DNA of 54,756 bases from Pseudolabrys sp. (GTDB lineage: Bacteria; Pseudomonadota; Alphaproteobacteria; Rhizobiales; Xanthobacteraceae), in assembly GCA_043734185.1 (NCBI GenBank), contig JAYTFS010000296.1:1-54756 (forward strand). Direction: 5' to 3'. A program made the position numbers and the translations under genes. The notes under the pieces were generated by a model that was given only the letters and a program-made list of their open reading frames with translations, searched no databases and had not been told where the DNA came from. Positions 1 through 9,759 of the stretch are shown piece by piece. The first letter of the stretch is position 1. Each line of letters starts with the position of its first letter.

Positions 1-89
1 ATGATGATGCCGCCCTTGGTCTTCTCCAGGGCGGTGATGCGGCGAACGACCAGGCGGTCGTGCAGGGGACGGAACTTGGTCTTGGCCAT
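1..89 (-). CDS. groES: Co-chaperonin GroES, 5' part (runs off window start)
   Basis: Reverse strand reads [30 protein letters not shown], with the GroES PLHDR and TKGGII motifs; GAGG RBS upstream; absent from the ORF track because it is truncated. Confidence 0.97.
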   Translation of the reverse strand, partial: MAKTKFRPLHDRLVVRRITALEKTKGGII

Positions 90-149
90 GTGTTTCCTCG
101 CGCAGGTAATGGACAATGGGTTGACTGAAAACCTCGATATTGGAAGCTC

Positions 150-176
150 TTAGCACTCATAGTAGGAGAGTGCCAA
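150..176. promoter_or_regulatory. CIRCE element (HrcA operator)
   Basis: TTAGCACTC-N9-GAGTGCCAA, one mismatch from consensus TTAGCACTC-N9-GAGTGCTAA, directly upstream of groES. Confidence 0.95.
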
Positions 177-190
177 TGGCTTGGCGGGAC

Positions 191-217
191 ATATGGCGCC
201 CGCATTTGAGTGTCAAG
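191..217 (-). promoter_or_regulatory. RpoH (sigma32)-type heat-shock promoter of groESL
   Basis: Minus strand CTTGAC-N15-CCATAT just upstream of CIRCE. Confidence 0.75.
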
Positions 218-239
218 GCAATGAGCTTGAACCGTGCTT

Positions 240-255
240 TGAACGCGGCGTTAAC
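240..255. promoter_or_regulatory. Putative CtrA box
   Basis: TGAA-N7-TTAAC, one mismatch to TTAA-N7-TTAAC, upstream of the lipoprotein gene. Confidence 0.4.
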
Positions 256-328
256 CGAGTTGTAGCCCGCCGCGGGTAGGCTTGAGCTTGCCGACCCGAA
301 TTCACCTGATTGTGCTGCCGGAGCCCTC

Positions 329-946
329 ATGAGCGTTTCCAACTGCCCCAGCCTGCCGTGCGCGCTTATTCTGGCGGTGGCCGCCTTGGGTCTCGCAGGC
401 TGCTCTGGTGGCTCGATCTCCAACCCATTCTCGACGTCCGAGCCAGCTCCGCTGCCGCCGTCTACGGCCTCGTTGCCGCCGGCCTTCCCGCCGCAAGATA
501 TCGTCGGGCGCTGGGGGCTGGCCGCCTACCATAAGAACGAGGACCGCCCGCGCACCGAGGCGGCCGCAGCAGACCAGTGCAAGCAGCCCTATGTCGTCAC
601 GCTGGGGCAGGGCGGTGGGGTGATGATGCATCTCGCCGACCAGGCGACCCCGACCGAGTTGCGCCTGAAGGGCGCGCCGGGCGGAAAGACATACATTGGT
701 CCCGCCGAAGACGCGCCGGGTAGCCAGCAGGACCGCGAAGTCGTCTCGTTCGACGGCCGCGTGCTGGCGCTGCGCTGGATGGATACCGAAGTGCAGGGCC
801 GTTACGGCACCATGGTCTATGTGCGCTGCGGCCCGGAAGGCGAGAAGCGTCCGAAGCCGAAGGCTGCCGCCAAGCCGGCGGCCAAGCCGAAGACGGCGCC
901 AAAGCCGGTCCAGCCGCCGATCCAGCAGGTCCCGCCGGCGCGGTGA
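329..946 (+). CDS. Conserved hypothetical lipoprotein
   Basis: Hydrophobic N-terminus with lipobox LAGC, Ser/Pro linker, Cys pair, Lys/Pro/Ala-rich C-terminal tail; GC3-rich codon usage. Confidence 0.8.
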   Translation: MSVSNCPSLPCALILAVAALGLAGCSGGSISNPFSTSEPAPLPPSTASLPPAFPPQDIVGRWGLAAYHKNEDRPRTEAAAADQCKQPYVVTLGQGGGVMMHLADQATPTELRLKGAPGGKTYIGPAEDAPGSQQDREVVSFDGRVLALRWMDTEVQGRYGTMVYVRCGPEGEKRPKPKAAAKPAAKPKTAPKPVQPPIQQVPPAR

Positions 947-1008
947 CGGGCTGACCGGCGCGCCGTGCATGCGCAGCTTCGCGCCGGCGTGCTAGACCTC
1001 GTTCCCGC

Positions 1009-2199
1009 ATGACCGCACCCCGCGATTTCATCCACGGTCCCTGGCGCGCCGTGCCGGTCCTCGGCGTCACGCAGATTCTTTCATGGGGGACGATCTTCTA
1101 TACGCCCGTGCTGATCGTGCCGTTGCTTGCGGCCGAGCACGGATGGTCGATGTCGTTTGCCATGGGTGGCTTGTCGGCAGCGCTCTTGGTCGCCGGACTG
1201 GTCGCGCCTTATGTCGGGCGCTCGATCGATCACTTCGGCGGGCAGGTGACCATGACCGTCGGCTCGCTGATCGGCGCGCTGGGGCTCGCGTTCATTGGCT
1301 ACGCCAACCATCCGGTCGCCTACTATGCGGTGTGGATGCTGCTTGGCGTCGCCATGTCGGCAAACCTGTATGACTCCGCCTTCGCCACGCTCGGCCGCAT
1401 CTTCGGCGCCGGCGCGCGGCGGCCGATCACGGCGCTGACACTGGCCGGCGGCTTTGCATCCACGGTGAGTTGGCCGGCGACGCATTTTCTTCTCGAAGCG
1501 GTCGGCTGGCGCGGCACCTATCTCATTTACGCCGTGCTGCTGGCCTGCGTCTCCGCGCCGCTGCATGCCTTCGTGCTGCCGCGTAGCCGCTTCGACGCGA
1601 CTGCCGTAAAGCCCATCGACGGCAAGGCACCGGCCAAAGTGCTGCCGCCGCACGGCCTGCCCTTCATTCTGGTGGCGTCGGCGTTTGCGGCCTATGCCTT
1701 CGTTCCCTCAGGGCTGTCGGCGCATCTGCTGGCGATCTTTGCGCGCGCCGGTATCGATTCCGGAACGGTGGTGTGGATCGGCGCGCTGTTCGGCCCGGCG
1801 CAGGTCGGCGCGCGGCTGATCGAATTCTCATTCGGCCGCAACCTGCATCCGCTGTGGCTGATCCGCTTTGCGCTTGGCGTCTTGCTGTGCGCCTTTACGA
1901 TGATCGCGGTGCTCGGCATATCGGTGCCGGTCGCGGTGGCCTTCGCATTGATGTTCGGCGGCGCCAACGGGCTGGTCACCATCACGCGCGGCGCGGTGCC
2001 GCTGGCACTGTTTGGCGCTTCCGGTTACGGGCGGCTGATGGGCCGCCTCGCCGGGCCCTTCCTGGTGATGCAGTCGGTAGCGCCGCTGGTGATGGCGTTT
2101 GTGATCGAGCGCGTGTCGGATTCCGCGGCGCTGGCGCTGGCCGCCGCCTTCGCCGCCATGGCGCTGGTCAGCTTTATTATGATCAGGCGGCCGGTCTAG
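1009..2199 (+). CDS. MFS transporter
   Basis: About 12 hydrophobic segments; motif A-like GRSIDHFGGQ; 396 aa. Confidence 0.9.
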   Translation: MTAPRDFIHGPWRAVPVLGVTQILSWGTIFYTPVLIVPLLAAEHGWSMSFAMGGLSAALLVAGLVAPYVGRSIDHFGGQVTMTVGSLIGALGLAFIGYANHPVAYYAVWMLLGVAMSANLYDSAFATLGRIFGAGARRPITALTLAGGFASTVSWPATHFLLEAVGWRGTYLIYAVLLACVSAPLHAFVLPRSRFDATAVKPIDGKAPAKVLPPHGLPFILVASAFAAYAFVPSGLSAHLLAIFARAGIDSGTVVWIGALFGPAQVGARLIEFSFGRNLHPLWLIRFALGVLLCAFTMIAVLGISVPVAVAFALMFGGANGLVTITRGAVPLALFGASGYGRLMGRLAGPFLVMQSVAPLVMAFVIERVSDSAALALAAAFAAMALVSFIMIRRPV

Positions 2200-2210
2200 T
2201 TCGCCAAAAA

Positions 2211-2834
2211 CTAAGCGAACATCTCATCGATATCGCTCTGACTGGCGTGGCCCGTGTCACCGTCGAGCTTGGGGCCGTTGAGCAACCCGCGTCCTGGCGC
2301 CGGTTTTTCAGGCGCGGGAGCCTTGCCGCTCACGCCTTCGCTGCGCGCAAGCATCGCGGTCACCTGATCTTCCACCATCGTCATGGTGCCGATCACGTTG
2401 CTGATGCGCTGACCTGTAATATCCTGGAAATTGCAGGCTTCGTAGATCTGCATGACGTGGTCTTGGATATCCTGGGCCAGGCCGCGCTTGTAGTGGTCCT
2501 TGAGCGTGGCGGAGAGGGCGCGCGCGCTTTCGTCGATCACCTCGACCGATTTGAGAATTTTCTGCGTGGCGTAATCCATGCCATCGACCGCGGCGCGCAA
2601 CTCGTCGCCCGCGCGCGCCATGCGGCGCTCCTTGCCTTCTCCGATGAGCGAAGCGAGTTCGCGCTTGTTGCGCGCAATCGTGTCCTGGATGACCACCAGT
2701 TCGCGCGTTAGATCTTTTGCGGCGGAAACGTCGCTGCCGGCGTGCGGCTTGGCTGGTGCGTCATGACGTTGCTCTGGCGCGGCGATGCGGCCCTCGGCAA
2801 ACATCGCCTCAACGCGGAAAACTTTTCGTTGCAC
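2211..2834 (-). CDS. cheZ: CheZ-family chemotaxis phosphatase
   Basis: EACNFQDITGQRI catalytic DxxxQ motif; C-terminal CheY-binding peptide SQSDIDEMF. Confidence 0.88.
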   Translation of the reverse strand: MQRKVFRVEAMFAEGRIAAPEQRHDAPAKPHAGSDVSAAKDLTRELVVIQDTIARNKRELASLIGEGKERRMARAGDELRAAVDGMDYATQKILKSVEVIDESARALSATLKDHYKRGLAQDIQDHVMQIYEACNFQDITGQRISNVIGTMTMVEDQVTAMLARSEGVSGKAPAPEKPAPGRGLLNGPKLDGDTGHASQSDIDEMFA

Positions 2835-3072
2835 GCCACGCCCCCTCTGGTCCCCAGCCGTAAGTTTTATCCCAGCGGCTATTAACGGTGCGTTGCGGCA
2901 TCCAAGTAAACCGGGCGTTTACCATGACGCTTTGCATTTTACGCAAAATAAACTCTACCGCGACGAAGCCAGCCCCTCGGCGCTCCAATGACGCGTACGC
3001 AGCCGCGCGGTTTACCAAACGGTGTTGCTTTCCCTTTGTACTGCGTCTGTCCGAAGTTCGTGCGAGACATCG

Positions 3073-3798
3073 ATGTCCCGTTTGATTTTTCCACTATTGG
3101 CCGCGGGCGTGTTCGCGAGCAGTGCCGCGTCGGCGCAGCTTCTGCCTTCGACGCCACCGATGGTCGTGATGCAGGTGCAACCGCAAGTGCGCGGCAATCT
3201 CGGTGGCGGGTTCATTGAATATCTATTTGGCGATAGCGGGCGGCCGCAGGCGCCGGTTCGCATCTATCCCGATCAATCGCAAACCGCTCCCCAGATTTAT
3301 GCCAGCACCAATCCTATGGTCGATCCCATGCTGGAGCCGCCAGGCACCGCGATCGATCCGCAATTCATGCGGCAAGAAGTTGCCTATCTGGGCCAGGAAG
3401 AGCCCGGAACGATCGTCATCGATACGCCGCAGCATTTCCTCTATCTGGTTCAAGGCGGCGGCAAAGCCGTGCGCTATGGCATCGGCGTTGGCCGGCCGGG
3501 CTTCACCTGGTCCGGCACGCACACGGTTTCAAGCAAGAAGGAATGGCCGGACTGGGTGCCGCCTCCGGAGATGCTCCAGCGCCGCCCCGAACTGCCGCAT
3601 TTCATGGCGGGCGGCCCGAACAACCCGCTCGGCGCGCGCGCCATGTATCTCGGCTCGACGCTCTACCGCATTCATGGCTCGAACGAACCCTGGACGATTG
3701 GCCAGAACGTTTCGTCCGGCTGCATCCGCATGCGCAACACGGACGTCATCGACCTTTATAGCCGCGTAAAGATCGGCACCAAGGTTGTCGTCCTCTAG
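3073..3798 (+). CDS. L,D-transpeptidase (ErfK/YbiS/YcfS/YnhG family)
   Basis: Signal peptide; NPLGARAMYL and YRIHG...SSGCIRM (HxX14-17[S/T]xGC) motifs; start placed at ATG 3073. Confidence 0.95.
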   Translation: MSRLIFPLLAAGVFASSAASAQLLPSTPPMVVMQVQPQVRGNLGGGFIEYLFGDSGRPQAPVRIYPDQSQTAPQIYASTNPMVDPMLEPPGTAIDPQFMRQEVAYLGQEEPGTIVIDTPQHFLYLVQGGGKAVRYGIGVGRPGFTWSGTHTVSSKKEWPDWVPPPEMLQRRPELPHFMAGGPNNPLGARAMYLGSTLYRIHGSNEPWTIGQNVSSGCIRMRNTDVIDLYSRVKIGTKVVVL

Positions 3799-4625
3799 GG
3801 CTTGGCGAGCGCCGCGCCCTGCGCCGCGAGTATTTCCGGAAATTCATCGGAATTGAAAAATGCCAATTCTCGCTCGCGCAAATGCGTGAGCGGGTCGAGC
3901 CGTTCCAACGCGGCGTCGACGAAGCCCGGGTGACACATGATCAGGCCACCATCCGGCAGTCCGGCGAGGAAACGCGGAAAAATCTTCGGGAAATTGGCGT
4001 CGGGTCTGAATGTATATGACCCGGCAAAAGCCGGATTGGTGGCGATCCCAAGCTTGCTGGCCTTGCGGCGAAAGCGCACGCTAAGGATATCGAGAACCAA
4101 TCCCTTGCGATCGTGCAGCCGGCGCAGCGAATTGGCGCGGCCGCATTGGCGTACCCAGGCGTCGGGCGCGCCTTCCGCCACGACTTTGAGAAAAGCGTCC
4201 CGCACCTGCGGAAATAGTTGCGCATGCTGATGGCCGTCAAGAAAGTCCGGCAGGCGGCCGAAAATGTTGACGAACGCGCGTAACTGGGCGGCGATTTCGA
4301 TCGCCAGTTTCTCCGGCTGCAAGCGGCGGGCGATGGCGGCGCGCAACAGTTCGGCCACGGGCAGAAATTTCCCGTCGCGTAGCGGCGTAAATCCTGAAGA
4401 CATCGGTTGCAATGGCCCGGTCAGTGTCACGTGTAGACCGATGGCGGCGCGTTTTTCACGCGCATTGAGCGCTGCGAGTTCCGGCGCTTCGTCATCGCCC
4501 AGATGCGGCGCCGCCACCATGACCGAAGTGGCATTCAGCCGTCCGCGCGCGATCAATTCCCGGATGCCGACATTGACCGACGGCGACAGGCCGTAATCGT
4601 CGGCGCACAGCCATATATTTCGCAA
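3795..4625 (-). CDS. YdjC/ChbG/HpnK-family carbohydrate deacetylase
   Basis: ADDYG, GLHVTL, DGHQH, MCHPG and RERE motifs; TTG start at 4625 with GGAG RBS overlapping the upstream GT2 stop. Confidence 0.92.
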   Translation of the reverse strand: MRNIWLCADDYGLSPSVNVGIRELIARGRLNATSVMVAAPHLGDDEAPELAALNAREKRAAIGLHVTLTGPLQPMSSGFTPLRDGKFLPVAELLRAAIARRLQPEKLAIEIAAQLRAFVNIFGRLPDFLDGHQHAQLFPQVRDAFLKVVAEGAPDAWVRQCGRANSLRRLHDRKGLVLDILSVRFRRKASKLGIATNPAFAGSYTFRPDANFPKIFPRFLAGLPDGGLIMCHPGFVDAALERLDPLTHLRERELAFFNSDEFPEILAAQGAALAKP

Positions 4626-4629
4626 CGGC

Positions 4630-5697
4630 TTACTCCGCCGCGCGCGAGACGACGGCGCGCGCTTTGGCGTTTTCCTTCGTCGTTTCGCTGGCGGTATCGT
4701 CAGCTTTCTTGACGCTGTGTTCGGCGACGAAATAGACCGGGCGTTTCTTGATCTCGGACAGCATCTTGCCAACATATTCGCCCAGCACGCCGATCATGAT
4801 CAACTGCGCGCCGCCGATCACCATCACGCTGACCACCAGCGAGGGATAGCCGGGCACGTCCTTGCCGTAGAACAGCGTTTCCATAAGGATCCAGCCGCCG
4901 AAGAACAGAGCCGTCACCGCCAAGAGCAGGCCGAGCATACTGGCGACCCGCAGCGGCGCCACCGAAAACGATGTCAGGCCCTCGATCGACAGGCCGATCA
5001 GCGTCCACGGGCTCCAAGTCGTGACGCCGTGGGTGCGCGCGGCCGGTTCATAGTCGACGCGAATTTGCTTAAAACCGATCCAGCTCGCCAGTCCCTTGAA
5101 GAAACGATTGCGTTCGGGCATCAGGCGCAGCGCTGCCGTTGCGCGTGGTGACAGCAAGCGGAAATCGCCGGCATCTTCCGGTATTTTGTGCTTCGCGCGC
5201 CAGTTCATCAGCGCGTAAAACCCGCTCACGCCGGCGCGCTTCAGCCAGGATTCGTTTTCGCGGCTAGCTTTGGCGGTATAGACCACGTCATAGCCGTCAT
5301 CGAGCCAGCGCGACACCAGCGTTTCGATCAGGTCCGGCGAATGCTGGCCGTCGCCATCCATAAACAGCGTGGCGCCAAGCCGGGCGTGGTCGAGGCCCGC
5401 GAGCAAGGCGGCCTCCTTGCCGAAATTCCGCGAAAGCGTGACCACCTGAATGTCGAGCGGGATTGCCGGCAGCGAATGGGCAATGCGGCTGGTGTCGTCG
5501 CTGCTGCCATCGTCGACATAAACGAGTTCGACACCGAGGCCGCGTTTAGCCTTGAGAAAACGCGCGACCTCGGCAATGCGTTCGTGCAGGGCGGGCAATC
5601 CCTTGGCCTCATTGAACAGCGGAACCACGATCGACAGACCGGGCAGGGATCGCGTCGGGGTCTTGCGGGCGCCGGATTTGGCCGATTTCGCCGCCAT
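4630..5697 (-). CDS. GT2 polyisoprenyl-phosphate glycosyltransferase (GtrB/ArnC-like)
   Basis: VVPLFNE, VDDGSSD, RNFGKEAA, MDGDGQH, GDFRLL motifs; two C-terminal TM helices; GEYVG. Confidence 0.95.
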   Translation of the reverse strand: MAAKSAKSGARKTPTRSLPGLSIVVPLFNEAKGLPALHERIAEVARFLKAKRGLGVELVYVDDGSSDDTSRIAHSLPAIPLDIQVVTLSRNFGKEAALLAGLDHARLGATLFMDGDGQHSPDLIETLVSRWLDDGYDVVYTAKASRENESWLKRAGVSGFYALMNWRAKHKIPEDAGDFRLLSPRATAALRLMPERNRFFKGLASWIGFKQIRVDYEPAARTHGVTTWSPWTLIGLSIEGLTSFSVAPLRVASMLGLLLAVTALFFGGWILMETLFYGKDVPGYPSLVVSVMVIGGAQLIMIGVLGEYVGKMLSEIKKRPVYFVAEHSVKKADDTASETTKENAKARAVVSRAAE

Positions 5698-5802
5698 TCT
5701 CTTCTAGCCTATCGCTTTGCGTTTACTTGTTTCGTTTATTTCCGATTTATACCGCACCGGCGCGGCCCTGTCGCGCCTTCCGCAAAGTGTTATGAACGCA
5801 CA

Positions 5803-6249
5803 ATGATTCCGGCCTCTGTGCAAAATATCCTCGATCGCCTCGGCGTTGCCTGGCATGAGCGCGCCATCGCGCTTAAGGCAATCAGTTTCGCGATGGTCGG
5901 CGTCGTCAATACGGTCATCGATTTCAGTATTTTCTGGAACGCTGCGACATATTTCTGGTGGCCGCTGGTTCCGGCGAACGTCCTGGCCTGGCTGGTGGCG
6001 GTGTCGTTTTCCTACGCGATGAATTCCTTCATCACCTTCGGCCCGGAATCGGGCCGTATTCTGCGCCGGCGCGACTATGCCACCTTCATCGTGTCCGGCG
6101 TCGCCGGCATGGTGTGCAGCACGGCAACATTATTTGCGCTGTCTTATATCTTGCCGATTCTCTATGCCAAGCTCATCTCGATCCTGGTGAGCTTCGTGGT
6201 CAACTTCTCGCTCTCGCACTTCGTCGTGTTCCGCAAGCGTGACGCTTAA
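5803..6249 (+). CDS. GtrA-family flippase-like protein
   Basis: [23 protein letters not shown] and [11 protein letters not shown] motifs; four TM segments; real start is ATG 5803 inside the longer ORF. Confidence 0.92.
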   Translation: MIPASVQNILDRLGVAWHERAIALKAISFAMVGVVNTVIDFSIFWNAATYFWWPLVPANVLAWLVAVSFSYAMNSFITFGPESGRILRRRDYATFIVSGVAGMVCSTATLFALSYILPILYAKLISILVSFVVNFSLSHFVVFRKRDA

Positions 6250-7217
6250 AGCCCTGCCTCAAGCTTGGCGAAAAGCGGATTGTCGCGCGAGAACACGTAG
6301 TCGAGATCGGCCACTGCCACCGTTTCGGCGCCGTTTTCACGCAAGAAACTGGTGAGCGCATAAACCTTATCGGGCGGGCAGTGCAGCGTCAGCATGCCCG
6401 ACGAAGTCGGGCCGCCGAACGGCGTGGCGACGCCGAATTTTGCCTGTGCCTTCGCCACCAGTTGCGCATCGCACTTGGCAAAGCGGGCGCGTACCTCGCG
6501 AAACGCGCGGGCGCGCGCTTGCGCGGCGATGCGGTCGAGAATGACCCGCGCGGTGTCGCGGGTATCCCGGTCCCAGGCAGCGCCGCGCCCCGCCACCAGA
6601 TTGGCCTGCGAGCGCAGGATAACGCCGTCGTCGACAATCTTAAGCCCATTAGCGGCAAGCGTTGCGCCGGTCGTGGTGATGTCCACGATCAGTTCGGCGC
6701 TGCCGGCGGCGGGCGCGCCTTCGGTCGCGCCGGAGCTCTCGACCACGCGATAGTCGATGACGCCCTGCGCGGAGAAGAAGTCGCGCGTCAGATTCACGTA
6801 TTTCGTCGCTACCCGCATGCGGCGGCCGTGGGTGTGGCGGAAAGCGGTTGCGACATCGTCGATGTCGGCCATGGTGCGCACGTCGATCCAGGCCTGCGGC
6901 ACGGCGACAACAACGGTGGCAAAGCCAAAACCCAGCCCTTCGATCAACACAACGCTCTTGTCGGCATTCGGAATCATTTCACGCACCAGATCTTCGCCGG
7001 TGACGCCGAGATGCACGACGCCCGCCGCGAGCTGGGTGGTGATTTCGCCAGCCGAGAGATACGCGACCTCCACACCGTCGAGCCCTGCGATGGCGCCACG
7101 ATAGTCGCGCGCGCCGCGCGGCTTGACCAAGGCCAGGCCAGAGCGCGCAAAGAAAGCTTCGGCGTTTTCCTGCAACCGGCCTTTGGCCGGCACGGCGAGC
7201 ACCAGAGGCGTACTCAT
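6246..7217 (-). CDS. hisG: ATP phosphoribosyltransferase
   Basis: [40 protein letters not shown] motifs. Confidence 0.97.
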   Translation of the reverse strand: MSTPLVLAVPAKGRLQENAEAFFARSGLALVKPRGARDYRGAIAGLDGVEVAYLSAGEITTQLAAGVVHLGVTGEDLVREMIPNADKSVVLIEGLGFGFATVVVAVPQAWIDVRTMADIDDVATAFRHTHGRRMRVATKYVNLTRDFFSAQGVIDYRVVESSGATEGAPAAGSAELIVDITTTGATLAANGLKIVDDGVILRSQANLVAGRGAAWDRDTRDTARVILDRIAAQARARAFREVRARFAKCDAQLVAKAQAKFGVATPFGGPTSSGMLTLHCPPDKVYALTSFLRENGAETVAVADLDYVFSRDNPLFAKLEAGL

Positions 7218-8368
7218 GACGCGCCTCCGTAGCCCGACAGCCGCTCGATCCAGACCGCGAAGCCGACCGCAGGTGTCGCCTGCGTGCTGCCAAGCCGCGC
7301 GAGCAATCCGTCGTAGCGCCCGCCCGCCACCAGCGGGTCGCCGGTGCGCGCCGGATCGGTCAGCTCGAAGACGAAACCGGTGTAATAGTCGAAGCCGCGC
7401 CCGAAGCTTGTCGAGAACCGCACGCGCTTGAGATCGATGCCGCGCGCGGCAAGGAATCCGTTGCGGTTTTCGAAGAGGTCAAGAACTGGCGTGAGCACGC
7501 CCAGCATTCCGGCCTCCGCGGCGAGTGCGCGCAATTCGACGGCGGCTTCGTCCGGGTCGCCCTGAACGCTAAGGAAGCGTTCGATCAGCCCGCGGATTTC
7601 GCGCGGCAATTTCGCGCTAGCGCCCAACGCCGACTGCTCGAGGAAGCGTTCGGCGATCTCGGCGACCGAGCGCCCGCCAACGGCGTTGATGCCGGCAATG
7701 GACAGCAGATCGGTAACCAGCGCGTGCGCGCCTTTCGGATCGGAACCGGCGAGCGCTGCCAGCACGCCCTGATATTCCGGCCGCGCATTGTTGCCGCCAA
7801 GCACGAGCCGGTCGAGGTCCTGTGCCAGATTGGTCTTGCGGTTGAAATCTTTGATCAGCCGCCGCTTCCACGCGGGCGGCAGTTCGAGGCCGGCGACCAG
7901 CGCGGCAAACAGCGCGACATCGCCAGCACGGATGTCGGGCGAGGGCAGTCCATAACTGGCGGTCGCCTCCAGCCCAAGAGCAAGCATCTCGGCATCGGCC
8001 GCGGGCTTGTCGGCGCGGCCAAAAGATTCGATGCCGGCTTGCAGGAATTCAGCCGCACCATCGGTACGATGGCGGAAAACCGGGCCGAGATAGCAATAGC
8101 CGGCGGCATTACCCGTCGCTGATGACGCCAGATAGTCGCGCGAGACCGGAATGGTGAGGTCTGGGCGCAGACAGAATTCGCCGCCGCCGGGTGCGGTGGT
8201 CAAATACATGCGCTTGCGGATGTCCTCGCCCGACAGGTCGAGGAACGGCTCGGCCGGCTGCAGGATCGCGGGCGCAACACGGACATAGCCGGCGCGCTCG
8301 TAAGAAGCGACGAGGGCCTCCGCCCGCGCGTCGGGATCTATGCTCTGAGTCCTGATAATCGCGTCCAT
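7214..8368 (-). CDS. hisZ: ATP phosphoribosyltransferase regulatory subunit
   Basis: [39 protein letters not shown] motifs; overlaps hisG start (ATGA); start approximate. Confidence 0.95.
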   Translation of the reverse strand: MDAIIRTQSIDPDARAEALVASYERAGYVRVAPAILQPAEPFLDLSGEDIRKRMYLTTAPGGGEFCLRPDLTIPVSRDYLASSATGNAAGYCYLGPVFRHRTDGAAEFLQAGIESFGRADKPAADAEMLALGLEATASYGLPSPDIRAGDVALFAALVAGLELPPAWKRRLIKDFNRKTNLAQDLDRLVLGGNNARPEYQGVLAALAGSDPKGAHALVTDLLSIAGINAVGGRSVAEIAERFLEQSALGASAKLPREIRGLIERFLSVQGDPDEAAVELRALAAEAGMLGVLTPVLDLFENRNGFLAARGIDLKRVRFSTSFGRGFDYYTGFVFELTDPARTGDPLVAGGRYDGLLARLGSTQATPAVGFAVWIERLSGYGGAS

Positions 8369-8627
8369 CGCCGTGTCCGACAAACCACATAAGTTCGGGG
8401 TATGGCGGCCCTTTAGCACGCTGGGCTTAAGGATTCGACGCCGATCGGCCGGTTCCCTTAACGGCGCAATGCGCCAAATGTCTGGTTTTGTTAACAAATT
8501 TTGCCGCCAGCCAAGCCGATCGGGACCCGAAGGCCGCAGTTGCAGGCGTTATGGGCGATAAAAAATCGTGGCTAATGGAATTTAAACACGAGGAGTGTTG
8601 ACTGGAGGCAATCGGAGACCGTTTCCC

Positions 8628-9092
8628 ATGGCCAATCCCGTGCCGCGCTCGGTGGTCGAGGCCTTCTACAAGGTCTATGCCGCGCGTGACGTCGAAAAGA
8701 TCGCGGATTTCCTGCACGACGATGTGGAATGGAACGTCAGCGGCCCAGTGGACGTCCTGGCTTTTTGCGGGACGTTCCGCGGCAAGGCGGACGTCCTCAA
8801 CCTGATCAAACGCCTGGTGCCACAGGTGATGCGCGTTTTTAGTTTCGTCCCGGAATCGATCCTGGTTGATGGCGACCGGTTGGCGATGCTCAATCGCCAG
8901 TCGGCGAAACGGACCGAGGATGGCCGGGTGATCAGTTTCCGGGTCGCAAACTTCATGCGGTTTCAGGACGGCAAGGTCATCGAGAATGTGTCGCTGATCG
9001 ACAGCTTCGATGCCGTTGAACAAGTGCTCGGACATCCGCTCGCCGTGCGCGACGGCCAACGCGCCGAGCAGGGCAATGTCGTCGTGATCTGA
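8628..9092 (+). CDS. SnoaL/NTF2-like family protein
   Basis: VVEAFYKVY...DFLHDDVEW, GTFRGK, FQDGKV pattern; GGAG RBS. Confidence 0.88.
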   Translation: MANPVPRSVVEAFYKVYAARDVEKIADFLHDDVEWNVSGPVDVLAFCGTFRGKADVLNLIKRLVPQVMRVFSFVPESILVDGDRLAMLNRQSAKRTEDGRVISFRVANFMRFQDGKVIENVSLIDSFDAVEQVLGHPLAVRDGQRAEQGNVVVI

Positions 9093-9170
9093 GGCGATGA
9101 CGCCGAATTGATTTTTCCATTCAGGCTGCATGATAATATCGCGGGGTAAGTTCCGCGATGGAGATTCGTT

Positions 9171-9701
9171 ATGCGCCGCCGCTTGATCATCATCATCGGT
9201 CTTTTGTCTGCCTCCCCCGCATTCGCGCTCGACATGCCGCCACGCAAGCCGGGCCTTTGGGAACTCAAAATGAACTTCGAAGGCCGCAACTTGCCGGCGA
9301 CGGCAATGAAGCACTGCGTCGATGCAGCCACCGATAAATTGATGAATTCCAGTTTCGGGGGCTCGGCGCAGGAAGCCTGCTCGAAACAGGACGTCACGAA
9401 ATCCGGCAACACCATCACCGTCGACTCGGTCTGCAAATTCAGCGACGCGACCACCACCTCGCACGCGGTCGTCACCGGCAGCTTCGACAGCGCCTATACG
9501 GTCAACGTGACATCGACGCGCGAAGGCGGCAGGCCGCTGCCCGGCCAAGTGCCGGGTGCCGCGACTCACATGACGATTGACGCAAAATGGCTCGGCCCCT
9601 GCGCCGTCGGTCAACGGCCGGGCGATATCATCATGGCCAACGGCATGACGATGAACGTTCTAGATTTGCCGAAAATGGGCGTTGCGCCGAAGAGGCCGTA
9701 A
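9171..9701 (+). CDS. DUF3617-family secreted protein
   Basis: Signal peptide, RKPGLWE, four Cys, AKWLGPC motif. Confidence 0.88.
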   Translation: MRRRLIIIIGLLSASPAFALDMPPRKPGLWELKMNFEGRNLPATAMKHCVDAATDKLMNSSFGGSAQEACSKQDVTKSGNTITVDSVCKFSDATTTSHAVVTGSFDSAYTVNVTSTREGGRPLPGQVPGAATHMTIDAKWLGPCAVGQRPGDIIMANGMTMNVLDLPKMGVAPKRP

Positions 9702-9703
9702 CA

Positions 9704-9746
9704 CATGATCCCGAAAAGTGGGAACCGGTTTTCGGACAAGATCATG
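9704..9746 (+). repeat. 43-bp dispersed imperfect palindromic element, copy 1
   Basis: CATGATCCCGAAAAGTGGGAACCGGTTTTCGGACAAGATCATG; terminal CATGATC/GATCATG inverted repeat; reverse-complement copy at 40097-40139. Confidence 0.9.
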
Positions 9747-9759
9747 CGCAAGTAAAAAC

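Noticed and set aside
851-925. Short GCCAAGCCG-type repeats in the lipoprotein gene
   Set aside because: Explained by the Lys/Pro/Ala low-complexity protein tail; not a DNA element
9704-9746. Palindromic repeat as a CRISPR repeat or IS end
   Set aside because: Only two isolated copies 30 kb apart, with no spacer array, cas gene or transposase, and the DNA between them is core genome
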